Shown piece by piece: positions 21,096 to 31,317 of a stretch of 64,000 nt of DNA. Positions within the stretch are counted from its first letter, which is position 1. Every line of letters begins with the position of its first letter. Source of the stretch: Nitrosopumilus sp. (lineage in GTDB: Archaea > Thermoproteota > Nitrososphaeria > Nitrososphaerales > Nitrosopumilaceae). The stretch spans positions 800,001 through 864,000 of the forward strand of contig OZ241857.1 of assembly GCA_965203315.1 (NCBI GenBank), written 5' to 3'. Both the position numbers and the translations under genes were made by a program. The notes under the pieces are model-generated. The model was not told the origin of the DNA, did no database searches, and was given only the letters and a program-made list of their open reading frames with translations.

Positions 21096-23441
21096 TTGAT
21101 CCCCATACACCACAGATATCATACTTTAATATCTAGGGTACATTACTCTGCTATGGTCTCAGTCCTATCAGAGAACATGGGATATGTGATTCTGATAGGA
21201 GTTGGGTTGGTCATGGCGCTCTCGGTAACCTTGATGGTAAAAGCAGAGACAAAGTGGTTGGGTACAAGAAAGACATCAGAGTGGTTTTATACAGCAGGGC
21301 GAACCATCAAGACCGGACTCATTGCAGCATCGATAGTCTCTGCGTGGACATGGGCGGCAACACTACTTCAATCTTCGACTGTAACTTATGAGTTTGGATT
21401 GGCAGGCTCGTTCTGGTATGCAGCAGGAGCATGCATTCAAGTAATACTATTTGCGATACTAGCAATCGAGTTAAAACGCAAAGCACCTATGACACATACA
21501 TTTCCAGAGATGATCTATGCAAGATTTGGTAAACATTCACACAAGGTATTTCTCTTCTTTGCACTAGTGACAAACACCATAGTAACTGCAATGTTGGTGC
21601 TTGGTGGTGCAGCTGTAATCAACTCACTCACAAACATCGATATCCAAATAGCTGCATTCTTGATTCCTATTGGAGTTATATTGTATACGGTATTTGGTGG
21701 ACTGAAAGCAACGTTCTTTGCAGAGTATCTGAATGCTGCACTGATCTTTATAGTAGTACTTGTATTTGTCAGCGCCATATACTTTGCAACACCAGAGATA
21801 GGAGGCATCTCTGGCATGTACGAGAAATTATCACAAGCATCAACTCTTACGCCAGTCGAAGGGAATGTATTTGGTACATACTTGACGTTGGCATCGATCG
21901 GTGCTCTACTATTTGGTATAATAAACATAGTTGGAAATTTTGGGACAGTATTTGTAGATCAATCCTATTGGCAACGAGCTATTGCATCTAGACCAAAGTC
22001 GGCAACAGGAGGATTCATCATAGGTGGCTTGGCATGGTTTGCCATTCCTTTTACACTCGCAACTACACTAGGATTGGCAGCAATAGCTACTGGAGTATCT
22101 CTAACAGATAGTGAGATAGAGCTCGGACTGGTTGCGCCTACTGCTGCAGCAGAGATCTTGGGTGATATTGGTGCGATACTGATTCTAACGATACTCTTTA
22201 CGGCAGTGACTGCTGCTGGCTCGTCGCAGCTAGTGAGTGTGTCATCACTAGTCACATATGATGTATTTCGAACGTATCTCAAACCTTCAGCGACAGGTAG
22301 ACAGCTGATGCGTGTATCGAGATATACGATCTTGGGTTTTGGACTTGGGATGGGACTACTTGCTTCTATACTCTTTCATTCAGGATTCAGTCTACAGTAT
22401 GTATATCTGATGATGGGAATACTGATAGGATCGGCAGTTGCGCCCATCTCTTTTGCTCTACTTTGGAAGAAGACACATCGTCACATAGCGACACTAGCTG
22501 CGCTGATCGGACTTGGGTGCGGTGTCGCATCATGGTTGTATACAGCAAATGCGACATCAGGTGAGATCACACTGTCATCCACAGGTCAACTCTTACCACT
22601 GATGGTGGGAAACATCGTATCGATTGTATCGAGTCTATCTATAACGATTGTTGGTAGTTTGATAAAACCAGATAACTTTGACTTTACGCTAATGAGACAA
22701 AAGATCATGGTAGCAGATGATCGAGTTCGTTCTATGTTAAAACTAGATACCGATGATATCATGTTGCAGAGATCACTTGCTTTCTGTAAACGTGTGTGTC
22801 TAGGAGTGACGCTATCGCTCGTTGTTGTGTGGCCAGCAACGTTCTATCTTACAGAATTTGTATTTGATGAAGCGTCGTTCCATGTATGGATATGGCTGGC
22901 CATAATTTGGGCAGCAGGAGCAGCAGGAATCATCATAGTTCTCCCATTTATTGAAGCAAGAAATAGCATTGCAGAGATATTCCACAGAGCAAGTGTCAAG
23001 ACCGAATTAGATTATACGGTAGCATCTATTGAGGCGCCGTCTATTCGTATTCTAGTTCCCGTAGACGGCTCATCTATATCACTCAAGGCATTGTATCACT
23101 CAAACTATCTCTTTCGTGCAGCGCAGATCAGAGTATATCTTTTGTATGTAATAGAATGGAACGAGGATGGAGAAGAGATTGATGCAGAGCTTGTAGCTCA
23201 GATCCAAGAAGAGGGACGGATGATACTTCGTAGTGTTGTTGTTCCAAAGCAGTTACGCAACTATCAACGAATAGTCAAGATCGGCAACCCACCAACAAAG
23301 ATAGCAGAGGTTGCCGAGAGATTGCATGTAGATGCAATCGCCATAGGTAAACATGGATTAGGCAGATCTAGATCAGATCTAGGTTCGGTGACACGACAAG
23401 TCTTAAAGCTCACATCAAAACCTGTGATCCTATTAGACTAG
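21096..23441 (+). CDS. DUR3-type urea:sodium symporter with C-terminal universal-stress (USP) domain
   Basis: SAWTWAATLLQS, NFGTVFVDQSYWQRAIA; ILVPVDGS..GSVTRQVL..KPVIL; next to ureD/ureG. Confidence 0.88.
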   Translation: MIPIHHRYHTLISRVHYSAMVSVLSENMGYVILIGVGLVMALSVTLMVKAETKWLGTRKTSEWFYTAGRTIKTGLIAASIVSAWTWAATLLQSSTVTYEFGLAGSFWYAAGACIQVILFAILAIELKRKAPMTHTFPEMIYARFGKHSHKVFLFFALVTNTIVTAMLVLGGAAVINSLTNIDIQIAAFLIPIGVILYTVFGGLKATFFAEYLNAALIFIVVLVFVSAIYFATPEIGGISGMYEKLSQASTLTPVEGNVFGTYLTLASIGALLFGIINIVGNFGTVFVDQSYWQRAIASRPKSATGGFIIGGLAWFAIPFTLATTLGLAAIATGVSLTDSEIELGLVAPTAAAEILGDIGAILILTILFTAVTAAGSSQLVSVSSLVTYDVFRTYLKPSATGRQLMRVSRYTILGFGLGMGLLASILFHSGFSLQYVYLMMGILIGSAVAPISFALLWKKTHRHIATLAALIGLGCGVASWLYTANATSGEITLSSTGQLLPLMVGNIVSIVSSLSITIVGSLIKPDNFDFTLMRQKIMVADDRVRSMLKLDTDDIMLQRSLAFCKRVCLGVTLSLVVVWPATFYLTEFVFDEASFHVWIWLAIIWAAGAAGIIIVLPFIEARNSIAEIFHRASVKTELDYTVASIEAPSIRILVPVDGSSISLKALYHSNYLFRAAQIRVYLLYVIEWNEDGEEIDAELVAQIQEEGRMILRSVVVPKQLRNYQRIVKIGNPPTKIAEVAERLHVDAIAIGKHGLGRSRSDLGSVTRQVLKLTSKPVILLD

Positions 23442-24337
23442 ATATGTACACCAAGTATATGTCTGCGACATGTACCAAGTGTATCATCTTTTGCAGTGAT
23501 CAGATCATCTGTTGTACCCAACATTCGAATAACAACTCCTGCATCGTCTGCCAGCATAGATACACCAAAAGAGATAGACTCGATCTGTGACATATTGTGA
23601 GATATGATATCTCGAAGTCTCTGCATATTATGCTGTTTATTGATAACAACTAGTGTACCCAATGACTGATTTGTAGACATCATTCCTAGACCACGTATGT
23701 CTTGTTTTGCAGGTTCGATCTTTGTGTTATCATATGCTCTAATGATACCATCTTGGTTTTGATAACGAAATCGTAGATTGCATAGATCATATGCAAACGA
23801 TTCGTTCATTGCAGTACGGCCTGAGGTCAGAATCTCAGAATATATCAAAGTAGCAGTGTCATGTACTGTTGCATCTGTCATCTGATAGTATCTAGAGTTG
23901 GCATAAGGAATTATCTGTTCTGGCATGTACTCTAGATAACAACCTGCATTTACATTGAGTTTTGTAATGTGTGTGGCAGAGTCTCTATTCATTCCGTATA
24001 TCCTAGTCGCACCTTGAGTCGTAATGTGCGCCATTGCGGCATTATTCAAGATGATCTCACTAGTGTATCGATCACCCTGCAAGATACCACCGGATGTAGA
24101 CAAGAGATATACAAATGCCAAATTTGGTAGACTAGGTTCAAGATACAAGACGCGTTGTACCTGCAATGGGGCTTGCGTGAACTGTTTTGAGAGTATTGTT
24201 TTACCAGACTTGGATTCAAGCGTCATTTGAATAGTGCCCATTTTGCCGGCCTTGCCGACACCTAGCTGGTCTATATGCTCGTCAAATCTTTCAATATCTC
24301 TAGGTCGTGTTAGCACACCATCATACCCCGGATACAC
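23438..24337 (-). CDS. ureD: urease accessory protein UreD
   Basis: GGILQGD, TTQGATRIY, LEYMPEQIIPY, GRTAMNESF. Confidence 0.9.
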   Translation of the reverse strand: MYPGYDGVLTRPRDIERFDEHIDQLGVGKAGKMGTIQMTLESKSGKTILSKQFTQAPLQVQRVLYLEPSLPNLAFVYLLSTSGGILQGDRYTSEIILNNAAMAHITTQGATRIYGMNRDSATHITKLNVNAGCYLEYMPEQIIPYANSRYYQMTDATVHDTATLIYSEILTSGRTAMNESFAYDLCNLRFRYQNQDGIIRAYDNTKIEPAKQDIRGLGMMSTNQSLGTLVVINKQHNMQRLRDIISHNMSQIESISFGVSMLADDAGVVIRMLGTTDDLITAKDDTLGTCRRHILGVHI

Positions 24338-24953
24338 TCAAGATTCTATCTACAATATGATCTACAACCCCAGACATACCTTGATTGGTCTTGCAGTTTA
24401 CAAACTCGAATGGCTTTGAGCCACGTATCTTTGTCGCATCACTATACATAATATCCAGATCTGCTCCAACTAGTGGCGCAAGATCGATCTTGTTGATTAT
24501 TAATAGATCACAACTCTCTATGCCTAAGCCACCCTTTCGCGGATATTTGTCGCCTCCTGCAACGTCTATTATATATAAAAAATAGTCAGCGATCAATGGG
24601 CTAAATGTTGTGGTGATGTTGTCTCCACCACTCTCGATTATGATCAGATCGATCTCGTCATGTTCTGCTTCAATCTCTTCGATTATTGCAAGATTCATGG
24701 ACGGATCTTCTCTGATTGCAGTGTGGGGGCAACCACCGGTGGCAACTCCAATTACCATACTCTCAGGAAGTAGATTGTTCTTTGTAGCTAGATTAGCACG
24801 CATCCTATCTGCGTCTTCTTTAGATATTACATCATTAGAGATTATGCACACTTTGTATCCACGTTCGAACAAGATTGGAACGAGTTGTTCTATGAGTTGT
24901 GTCTTGCCCGAACCTACAGGACCGCCTATCCCAACTCTTGGAATATGTCTCAC
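24321..24953 (-). CDS. ureG: urease accessory GTPase UreG
   Basis: GGPVGSGKT, TGGCPHTAIREDPSMN, ESGGDN, NKID. Confidence 0.95.
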   Translation of the reverse strand: MRHIPRVGIGGPVGSGKTQLIEQLVPILFERGYKVCIISNDVISKEDADRMRANLATKNNLLPESMVIGVATGGCPHTAIREDPSMNLAIIEEIEAEHDEIDLIIIESGGDNITTTFSPLIADYFLYIIDVAGGDKYPRKGGLGIESCDLLIINKIDLAPLVGADLDIMYSDATKIRGSKPFEFVNCKTNQGMSGVVDHIVDRILSVSGV

Positions 24954-25369
24954 TATTGATAGACTATTGTAAATCTAATAAGTATTGAGATCAGTGGAAC
25001 ACGTTGTGGAACACAGTGTAAAAGAGGTCATAGAATTCAATAGTTTGTAGTCAATAGACCAGAGCTGTACGTAGCACATAATTGAAATGACTAGATTTGC
25101 TCAAAATTAGTGATGTGTAACCAGTTGCGGTTCTGTTGGGATGCGATAACTATCCAGAACGGGTATTGCTCAAATCAAATAGTTTATGCAAACACACATA
25201 GTTAGATAATTTGTGATCTACATAAAGTTGCCGACCCTTTACCACGTTCAAAAATATCTACTGCATCTCGATGATCTGAAACACCATAATCGACAATGTG
25301 AGATAGTTTTGATGTTGGGTGTTTGCAAATAGTTGATCGTCATGCATTTTTATTACACAAGACCAAAAG

Positions 25370-25660
25370 ATGTGCATGTATATTGTAATAGTCAAACTAA
25401 AACTCAAAGACGGGGTAAAAGACAACTTTGCAAGGTGGTTTACTGAATCAAATAAGACGATATCAAAATTTTCTGGATTTGTCTCTAGGCGATTGATCAT
25501 GGACAATGATGGCAATTATAGAGTTTTGATCGAGTTTCAGGACAAGAACTCTTTTACTGTAATGCAACAGAGCTCTGAACATCAAGAGTTGCATAAAGTA
25601 GGACATGCTTTTCTAAGCGAACCGCCGATAAGAAGAGATTACAAACTGGTTGCAGAATAG
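25370..25660 (+). CDS. antibiotic biosynthesis monooxygenase-family protein
   Basis: FSGFVSRRL..F..SSEHQELH ABM pattern. Confidence 0.7.
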   Translation: MCMYIVIVKLKLKDGVKDNFARWFTESNKTISKFSGFVSRRLIMDNDGNYRVLIEFQDKNSFTVMQQSSEHQELHKVGHAFLSEPPIRRDYKLVAE

Positions 25661-25750
25661 ATCAAGGGATCAAGACCACCACACATCACACAAGATGACA
25701 GTTGATGAGATTTCATTATTACTGCAACTTATCGATAGATTCTGCGGACA

Positions 25751-25937
25751 GTTCTGTTCAATTGACTGGGTTTGAGACCATTATGACATTATCTCAAAAA
25801 AAAATGCGCAACACGTGACTCAAAACAGCAGTAATTTACGATGGTTGGTTTAAGACCGTTTCCATATTTTGTAAAATTTTTCGAAGATTTTGGGCAGAAA
25901 ATGTCAACCCCCCCCCCCCAGTCAATTGAATAGAACC
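25751..25937. mobile_element. MITE family B, copy 2 (opposite orientation, C-tract expanded to 12)
   Basis: TIR GTTCTGTTCAATTGAC / GTCAATTGAATAGAACC; interior is the reverse complement of 14980-15156. Confidence 0.8.
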
Positions 25938-25953
25938 CATGAATTACCTCCAA

Positions 25954-25992
25954 AATACAAACTCTTGATGGTAATATCAATAACATGTATAA
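25954..25992 (+). repeat. S-layer cassette 1 left inverted-repeat site (TATA-less)
   Basis: AATACAAACTCTTGATGGTAATATCAATAACATGTATAA aligns without gaps to the reverse complement of 30995-31033. Confidence 0.85.
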
Positions 25993-26201
25993 TTGTACAG
26001 GTTGTACAAGTGCTTGTAAAGTTATCTGACATGACCTTTTACAGTCTATTAGTCTACGTACCTACTTCACATCTCTTGTATCAAGTATCTTGTGAATGAG
26101 TAATATTGTATAATGCAAGAGTCGAGGATGAAGGAGTAGAGATCATCGCATATTGTCATTGACACTGTATGTAGATATCACTATGCATAGTTGTATCATA
26201 T

Positions 26202-26219
26202 AAAAAAAGAAAAAGAAAA
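26202..26219 (-). terminator. oligo-T terminator of S-layer gene 1
   Basis: T-rich run on the - strand just after the stop codon. Confidence 0.6.
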
Positions 26220-26226
26220 GTTTGAA

Positions 26227-29200
26227 CTAGTTTACAGTTATTGTTGTTGTCTGTTGTGGAGATAGTGCAGTTGGTATCGTCAACGACTCCCATGCAAATA
26301 CGGTGATTGTGTATTCACCGGCTGCTGTTGGTATCCAAGACTGAGATGGACTAAACGACTGAGATGGTGTCAGTGAACCATCAATCCAAGACAGAGATAC
26401 AGTTACGCCATCGCTATCTTGAATTTGTACCAAGTATGCAAATGGCTGGTCTTTGTCTTGTGTGTTTGTCAAATCTGCAGTGATCTGGACTTGTTGATCT
26501 ATTGATACCGTACTGAGTGTTGTACCTGTAGAGTCTACTATTCTCAACGACTCGATCTTTACTCGTTCTAGAGGAGGTACTATTGTTCCTATTATGGTGG
26601 TTGCAGTGATGTCTTCAGAGTCGCCTGTATTGTATGGAGCAGGTAGAGTGTTGTCGCTGTACTTTGCAGTGACTGTGTCTCCTTCTTCTGTGGATAGTTT
26701 GTGACCACCTGATTGGACAGAGAGTCCAAAGAATACAGTACCTTCAAAGATACCACTTGCTGGCTGAGTCTCTGTTACTGTAAGGGTTATTCCACTAGGT
26801 GCACTAGAAGACCATACTTTGACCTCAAAGTTGTCTGCAGATTCTGGATTCAAGTTCATGTCGGGATCGATTACACGTAGTACGCCTGTAGCTGTAGCAG
26901 GATAACTTGCTTCTAGCCACTGAACTTCACCAATGTTCCAACGGATTAGAGCAGACTTGCGTACAGTCTCGTCGTCAGAGAACTCGAATGATACCTCGAG
27001 TCCGTCGTCGTTGTCTGTTGGTAATAGTCCATCGGTTGGTCCATTACATGTGTCACATGTACGACCTGTGACGTCTTTACCGTTTTCTCCTGTGGAATCA
27101 TCACCGTCTGCGTCGTACGAGAATCCTGTCAGTATTACTTCACCTGTAAAGATACCAGTGTTTGTACCTGTCTCTACGAGTTTGTAGTTTTTAATGTCGT
27201 CGGATCTTGTAGCAACACGCACTGGATATGGATCAGCACCAATCTCGTCTACTTGGTTTGTGTTTAGGTTGTGATCAGGAGCTGTTACAGTGATGAATAC
27301 CTTGTCGGTCCAACTGTATACACTTTGATCTAGTTCTATTGTAGCACCAAAGTTTGATGTGAATACCGTTCTGTCGATATCTTCTGTATTATCACCTACA
27401 TAGTCTGCACCTGATGGTCCATAGTCGGTGTATTCTAGCTTGATCTCTTCGCCTCGTTCTAGTCTGTCGTTGTCTATGGCCTTGGGAACAGATATGACCA
27501 CTTGGAATATGCCTGTGCTAGGACCAGTCTCTCGTAGAGAACCTGGTTCTGCATCGAATATACCTTCACTCAGATTCTTGGTACCTGCGTCCGAGTCCCA
27601 CTTTATTAGATCAAGTGTGTATGTTTCGCGTGTACCGCTGTCTAGATCAAGGTCTGGATCGATGAGTGTTACGATCATGTCCGAGCCTATCACATATACA
27701 GACTTGTCTGTCTGTAGAGCGCCGTTTCGTAGATCAAAGGTAGCAGAGTCTGTGACTGTACGTGGGTTACCAGAAGCATCTGTAGTGTCGTTGTACTGTA
27801 CTGTAATGATATCACCTTGTAGGATACAGTTACCGTCATTTGGACAGTCAGTACTGCTTGGTCCATCGATATAAGATAGATCAAAGCTTGCCTCAAAGAC
27901 TCCAGATTCAGGAGATGTCTCTACCAGAGCATAGTTTGTTGGATCTGGCTCCGGACATGCACCGCCTGTACTTCTAGCGTTATCGTACTTTAGTTGTGCC
28001 AAGAGATATGCTGTCTGTTTGTCGGTATCTGTCGTGGCTGCCTTGTATTCGGCCTCCTTTTTATCTAGATCACGTTTTAATGCACTGATTGCATCATTCG
28101 CGTCTGTTGTAGTACCACCTGCATAGGCTATTGCACACTCGTCACCACTGCGAGAGATCGTGACCATTACTGGACCATTTCCAGACATGCCTTCGATCTT
28201 GTCCTCACCTGTAGGATTCAAGTTGTAATCTGGGTCGTTTACTTGAACATAGACTTTGACTGTACCTAGTGGAAGAGGTTCAGGAGGATTCTTCATGTCC
28301 AAGAATCCTGAAGAGCCATCGTCTGTACCAGTACCATACGGAACTGGGTATACAGTTCTATCTAGAGATACAGAGCCTGTACTTGCACCAATCGATGCAG
28401 AGTCGCCAGCTGTAACTATCTGACCAGAGGCATCTCTAAAGTCTAGATATGTTACACCAATGTCTTTGCCGCTTACAGTTATTTTAGGTTCGTTCGTGTT
28501 TACACTACCATCATCATTAAAGTTGCATACCTCTTTTGGTACAGAAAATGAACCTGTAAAGACTCCTGTACTGGATCCGGTCTCTTGTAGAGTGAATCCT
28601 GTTGCACCGAGTCCGTTCTGAACACCATCAGACAGAGTACAACCAGATTGCCATCTCTTACCATCAAAGGTTACCTCTAGTAGCATTCCTAGTGATTTGC
28701 CACCTGGTAGTAGAGACGTGTACATGATATCATCTGTATTGGTTACGTTCATGCCTACTTGATCTCTATCTGTGTCGGTGTGGTTACTGTCCATCACTAC
28801 TGTATAGGTATCAGCTCGATCAGGATCTGTATTCAGATCAGAGTCCTCTAGAGTGATTACGACATTACTGCCTACACTGTATGTCTCTGCGTTCAGAGAT
28901 ACCACTCCACTGGTGGTTGCGATATCTTGTTGATCAGAGACTACGGCAGTATTGTCGTTTGCATTTTGATCGACATAGTTTACTCGCGCGTCAGAGCCGG
29001 TAAGATCCTCAAAGGCGATGAATTTGACTTCGTTGCCTATTGGAGTGATGTCTTTGTATGTATCTGCATTGTTTACGTTGAGTTGGTTTATCATTATGTA
29101 CTCTAGTGTTCCTGTAAAGGTGCTGGTGTTCTCACCGGTCTCTTCTACCTCGATTCGTATTATCTGATTGTTGACACGCTCAGAGGCTTGTGCTCCATCA

Positions 29201-31002
29201 TCTGTGAATCCAATGCTAAAGATATCTGCAACTATTAGATATGTCTTGTCGGTAAGATCGACTTGTTTTTTAATCTCTGACGCTATGGCAATTCTATATT
29301 CACCATCAAAGTCAGAGAGAGTCTTTGTGTCTGTATCGTCGTTAAACTTTATAAATTTACTTGCGAGATCAAAGACTCCTCTTCCATCACTAGCTAAATC
29401 TGCATGGTATCTTTGAGAGTTTATTTGAAATGGGTTATACGCCACAATCCAATAACTGCTACCACCAAGACTGCCAAAGTCATAGTTTAGTAGATTTACA
29501 CCTACAAAATCATTACCCATTTGCATGTTGGCTTTGTGTTCAGCAACTGTACCAAGAACAACCATGATGGTACCGTATCGACCATCATTTGGATTTCTTA
29601 AATCGTTACCGGTCCTGTTGATGTACATATTTGCCACGTAATGATCTGTGTCATATGTAAAGCCATACTGACTGGTTTGACCACAATGGATGGCCATGTA
29701 ATTTGTACCAAGAACGTTACTTGTTTTCGCATCAATCCTATTGTCAACTATCAGAGGGCATGGATTAATGCCGCCGGTAGTAGAACTATCACTACCTATA
29801 GAATATGGGCTCCATGGACGATCCTTTGTTAGTGTATACGGTTCGCCAATCATAAACGTTGGAATTCTTGCGTCTGAATTGGTTATCTTTTGATCGTCGT
29901 CTACTTCGCTGTTGAGATTTTGATCTGCATCAACGATAGTTAGATCAATGACTTCACCAGAGTTCCATGTACCATCTGCGATATCTAGGTTTACAGTAGC
30001 TGTGGTAAGTTGTGTGTTTACAGATACAGTCTCATCACTATACATGATTTGTGTGTTTTGGCCTCGAGGAGCCATATCTTCAATCATTATTGGAGACTTG
30101 TCATCGTTGGTGATAGTAAAGACGCCTGTGTTTGGACCTGTCTCTTCAAATATGTAATTTGTAGTACCAGATTCTAGTTGTAGTAGATCATTGGTATCCG
30201 GATTCATATTATCTATGCTAAAATTACACTTGTCATCTTTACAACCAAGATTATTGTTAGTAGGCATGATTGGAGTCTTTCCGCCCGTTCCAGAGCCAAC
30301 ACGATCATCATACATATAGGCTGGTGCTCCACCATCGACTGCATATCTCCAAATATCTTTAGTAGTTGGATCGATGTTTAGTATGTGATCGGTTATCTCC
30401 ACATGTACGTGAGAGTTTCTTGGGTACGATGTTCTATCTAGAGTAAGATCATTGTTTACAGAGTCGTCGTATGTGATCGTTATTGTCTGTGGCGCTCCAG
30501 CCTTGTGATATACAATATCAAAGGTATCATCTAGATCAAAGGTCTTTAGAACACTATTGTCTGCAGGAATAGTGATGCCTGCTTGTCTAATGAGATTAGG
30601 CATATTAGGCTGAGCAGATCCCCACAAAGCTTGAGCATCAGCAAAGGTAAGTCCATCATTACTGTCACCACCATCAGCAGCTACTCTAAAGTAACCATAC
30701 CAATTACCATCAGTGTGTCTGAACATCTTTAGTTCTTTGTCATCAACTCTTACACGAGGTTCAGCATCGTCTGCATCGCGGATCAACGGATCATTTACAA
30801 TTACTTGCACTATCTGTAGTCCACCAAAGGTGTTGTCGAACCTAGATCCATATCCATTTGGATCAGCAGCTGAGACGTATAGATTTGGTGTCGACTGGGC
30901 ATAGACTGGCTCCATGCTTGGTATAGCAAAGGTCAGTCCGCCTGCGACCATTATCGTCATTAGTATTAAACTAGTTGTTTTTCGTCCTATTTCGTTATTC
31001 AT
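26227..31002 (-). CDS. slaA: S-layer protein (Nitrosopumilus SlaA type), copy 1, promoter-linked
   Basis: MNNEIGRKTTSL signal; repeated ETGxxTGxFxG Ig-like domains; C-terminal QPFAYLVQIQD..SQSWIP..ALSP. Confidence 0.88.
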   Translation of the reverse strand: MNNEIGRKTTSLILMTIMVAGGLTFAIPSMEPVYAQSTPNLYVSAADPNGYGSRFDNTFGGLQIVQVIVNDPLIRDADDAEPRVRVDDKELKMFRHTDGNWYGYFRVAADGGDSNDGLTFADAQALWGSAQPNMPNLIRQAGITIPADNSVLKTFDLDDTFDIVYHKAGAPQTITITYDDSVNNDLTLDRTSYPRNSHVHVEITDHILNIDPTTKDIWRYAVDGGAPAYMYDDRVGSGTGGKTPIMPTNNNLGCKDDKCNFSIDNMNPDTNDLLQLESGTTNYIFEETGPNTGVFTITNDDKSPIMIEDMAPRGQNTQIMYSDETVSVNTQLTTATVNLDIADGTWNSGEVIDLTIVDADQNLNSEVDDDQKITNSDARIPTFMIGEPYTLTKDRPWSPYSIGSDSSTTGGINPCPLIVDNRIDAKTSNVLGTNYMAIHCGQTSQYGFTYDTDHYVANMYINRTGNDLRNPNDGRYGTIMVVLGTVAEHKANMQMGNDFVGVNLLNYDFGSLGGSSYWIVAYNPFQINSQRYHADLASDGRGVFDLASKFIKFNDDTDTKTLSDFDGEYRIAIASEIKKQVDLTDKTYLIVADIFSIGFTDDGAQASERVNNQIIRIEVEETGENTSTFTGTLEYIMINQLNVNNADTYKDITPIGNEVKFIAFEDLTGSDARVNYVDQNANDNTAVVSDQQDIATTSGVVSLNAETYSVGSNVVITLEDSDLNTDPDRADTYTVVMDSNHTDTDRDQVGMNVTNTDDIMYTSLLPGGKSLGMLLEVTFDGKRWQSGCTLSDGVQNGLGATGFTLQETGSSTGVFTGSFSVPKEVCNFNDDGSVNTNEPKITVSGKDIGVTYLDFRDASGQIVTAGDSASIGASTGSVSLDRTVYPVPYGTGTDDGSSGFLDMKNPPEPLPLGTVKVYVQVNDPDYNLNPTGEDKIEGMSGNGPVMVTISRSGDECAIAYAGGTTTDANDAISALKRDLDKKEAEYKAATTDTDKQTAYLLAQLKYDNARSTGGACPEPDPTNYALVETSPESGVFEASFDLSYIDGPSSTDCPNDGNCILQGDIITVQYNDTTDASGNPRTVTDSATFDLRNGALQTDKSVYVIGSDMIVTLIDPDLDLDSGTRETYTLDLIKWDSDAGTKNLSEGIFDAEPGSLRETGPSTGIFQVVISVPKAIDNDRLERGEEIKLEYTDYGPSGADYVGDNTEDIDRTVFTSNFGATIELDQSVYSWTDKVFITVTAPDHNLNTNQVDEIGADPYPVRVATRSDDIKNYKLVETGTNTGIFTGEVILTGFSYDADGDDSTGENGKDVTGRTCDTCNGPTDGLLPTDNDDGLEVSFEFSDDETVRKSALIRWNIGEVQWLEASYPATATGVLRVIDPDMNLNPESADNFEVKVWSSSAPSGITLTVTETQPASGIFEGTVFFGLSVQSGGHKLSTEEGDTVTAKYSDNTLPAPYNTGDSEDITATTIIGTIVPPLERVKIESLRIVDSTGTTLSTVSIDQQVQITADLTNTQDKDQPFAYLVQIQDSDGVTVSLSWIDGSLTPSQSFSPSQSWIPTAAGEYTITVFAWESLTIPTALSPQQTTTITVN

Positions 31003-31033
31003 GTTATTGATATTCCAATCAATAATTTGTATT
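30995..31033 (-). repeat. S-layer cassette 1 right inverted-repeat site overlapping the ATG
   Basis: contains the dyad TTATTGAT-N6-ATCAATAA at 31004-31025; inverted partner of 25954-25992. Confidence 0.85.
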
Positions 31034-31057
31034 TAAAGACTGTGAACGATTTGTTCA
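31026..31057 (-). promoter_or_regulatory. S-layer promoter: TATA box TTTAAATA (31030-31037) plus palindrome TGAAC-N5-GTTCA
   Basis: TATA ends 27 nt before the slaA ATG; 32 bp identical to 62948-62979. Confidence 0.8.
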
Positions 31058-31317
31058 TCTAGCCTCAACCGTAAGATAGAGACGCGGTATCGGTTCCAAG
31101 AGAATGACAACAGCTAACACAAATGAGCAAAACTAGTTATGTATCTACCACTTGTCAAAAGATAAACTCAAGATACGCATAATGATTATTGAGTAGTTAC
31201 AGTTTAGATATTCCAAGGACTTGCTAAAAACACATTTGCGTTAACTGACATGCAGTATTTGTGTCCAGATTGCAATGTATAGTAAACTACTTTATAGAGC
31301 ACTTGTAGACCTACCTC

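Noticed and set aside
25908-25919. C12 tract next to the S-layer site as a phase-variation tract
   Set aside because: It lies inside a MITE-B end (5 bases in the other copy) with no TATA or start context. It does show that G/C runs expand here, or are miscalled, which is a caveat for the poly-G finding.
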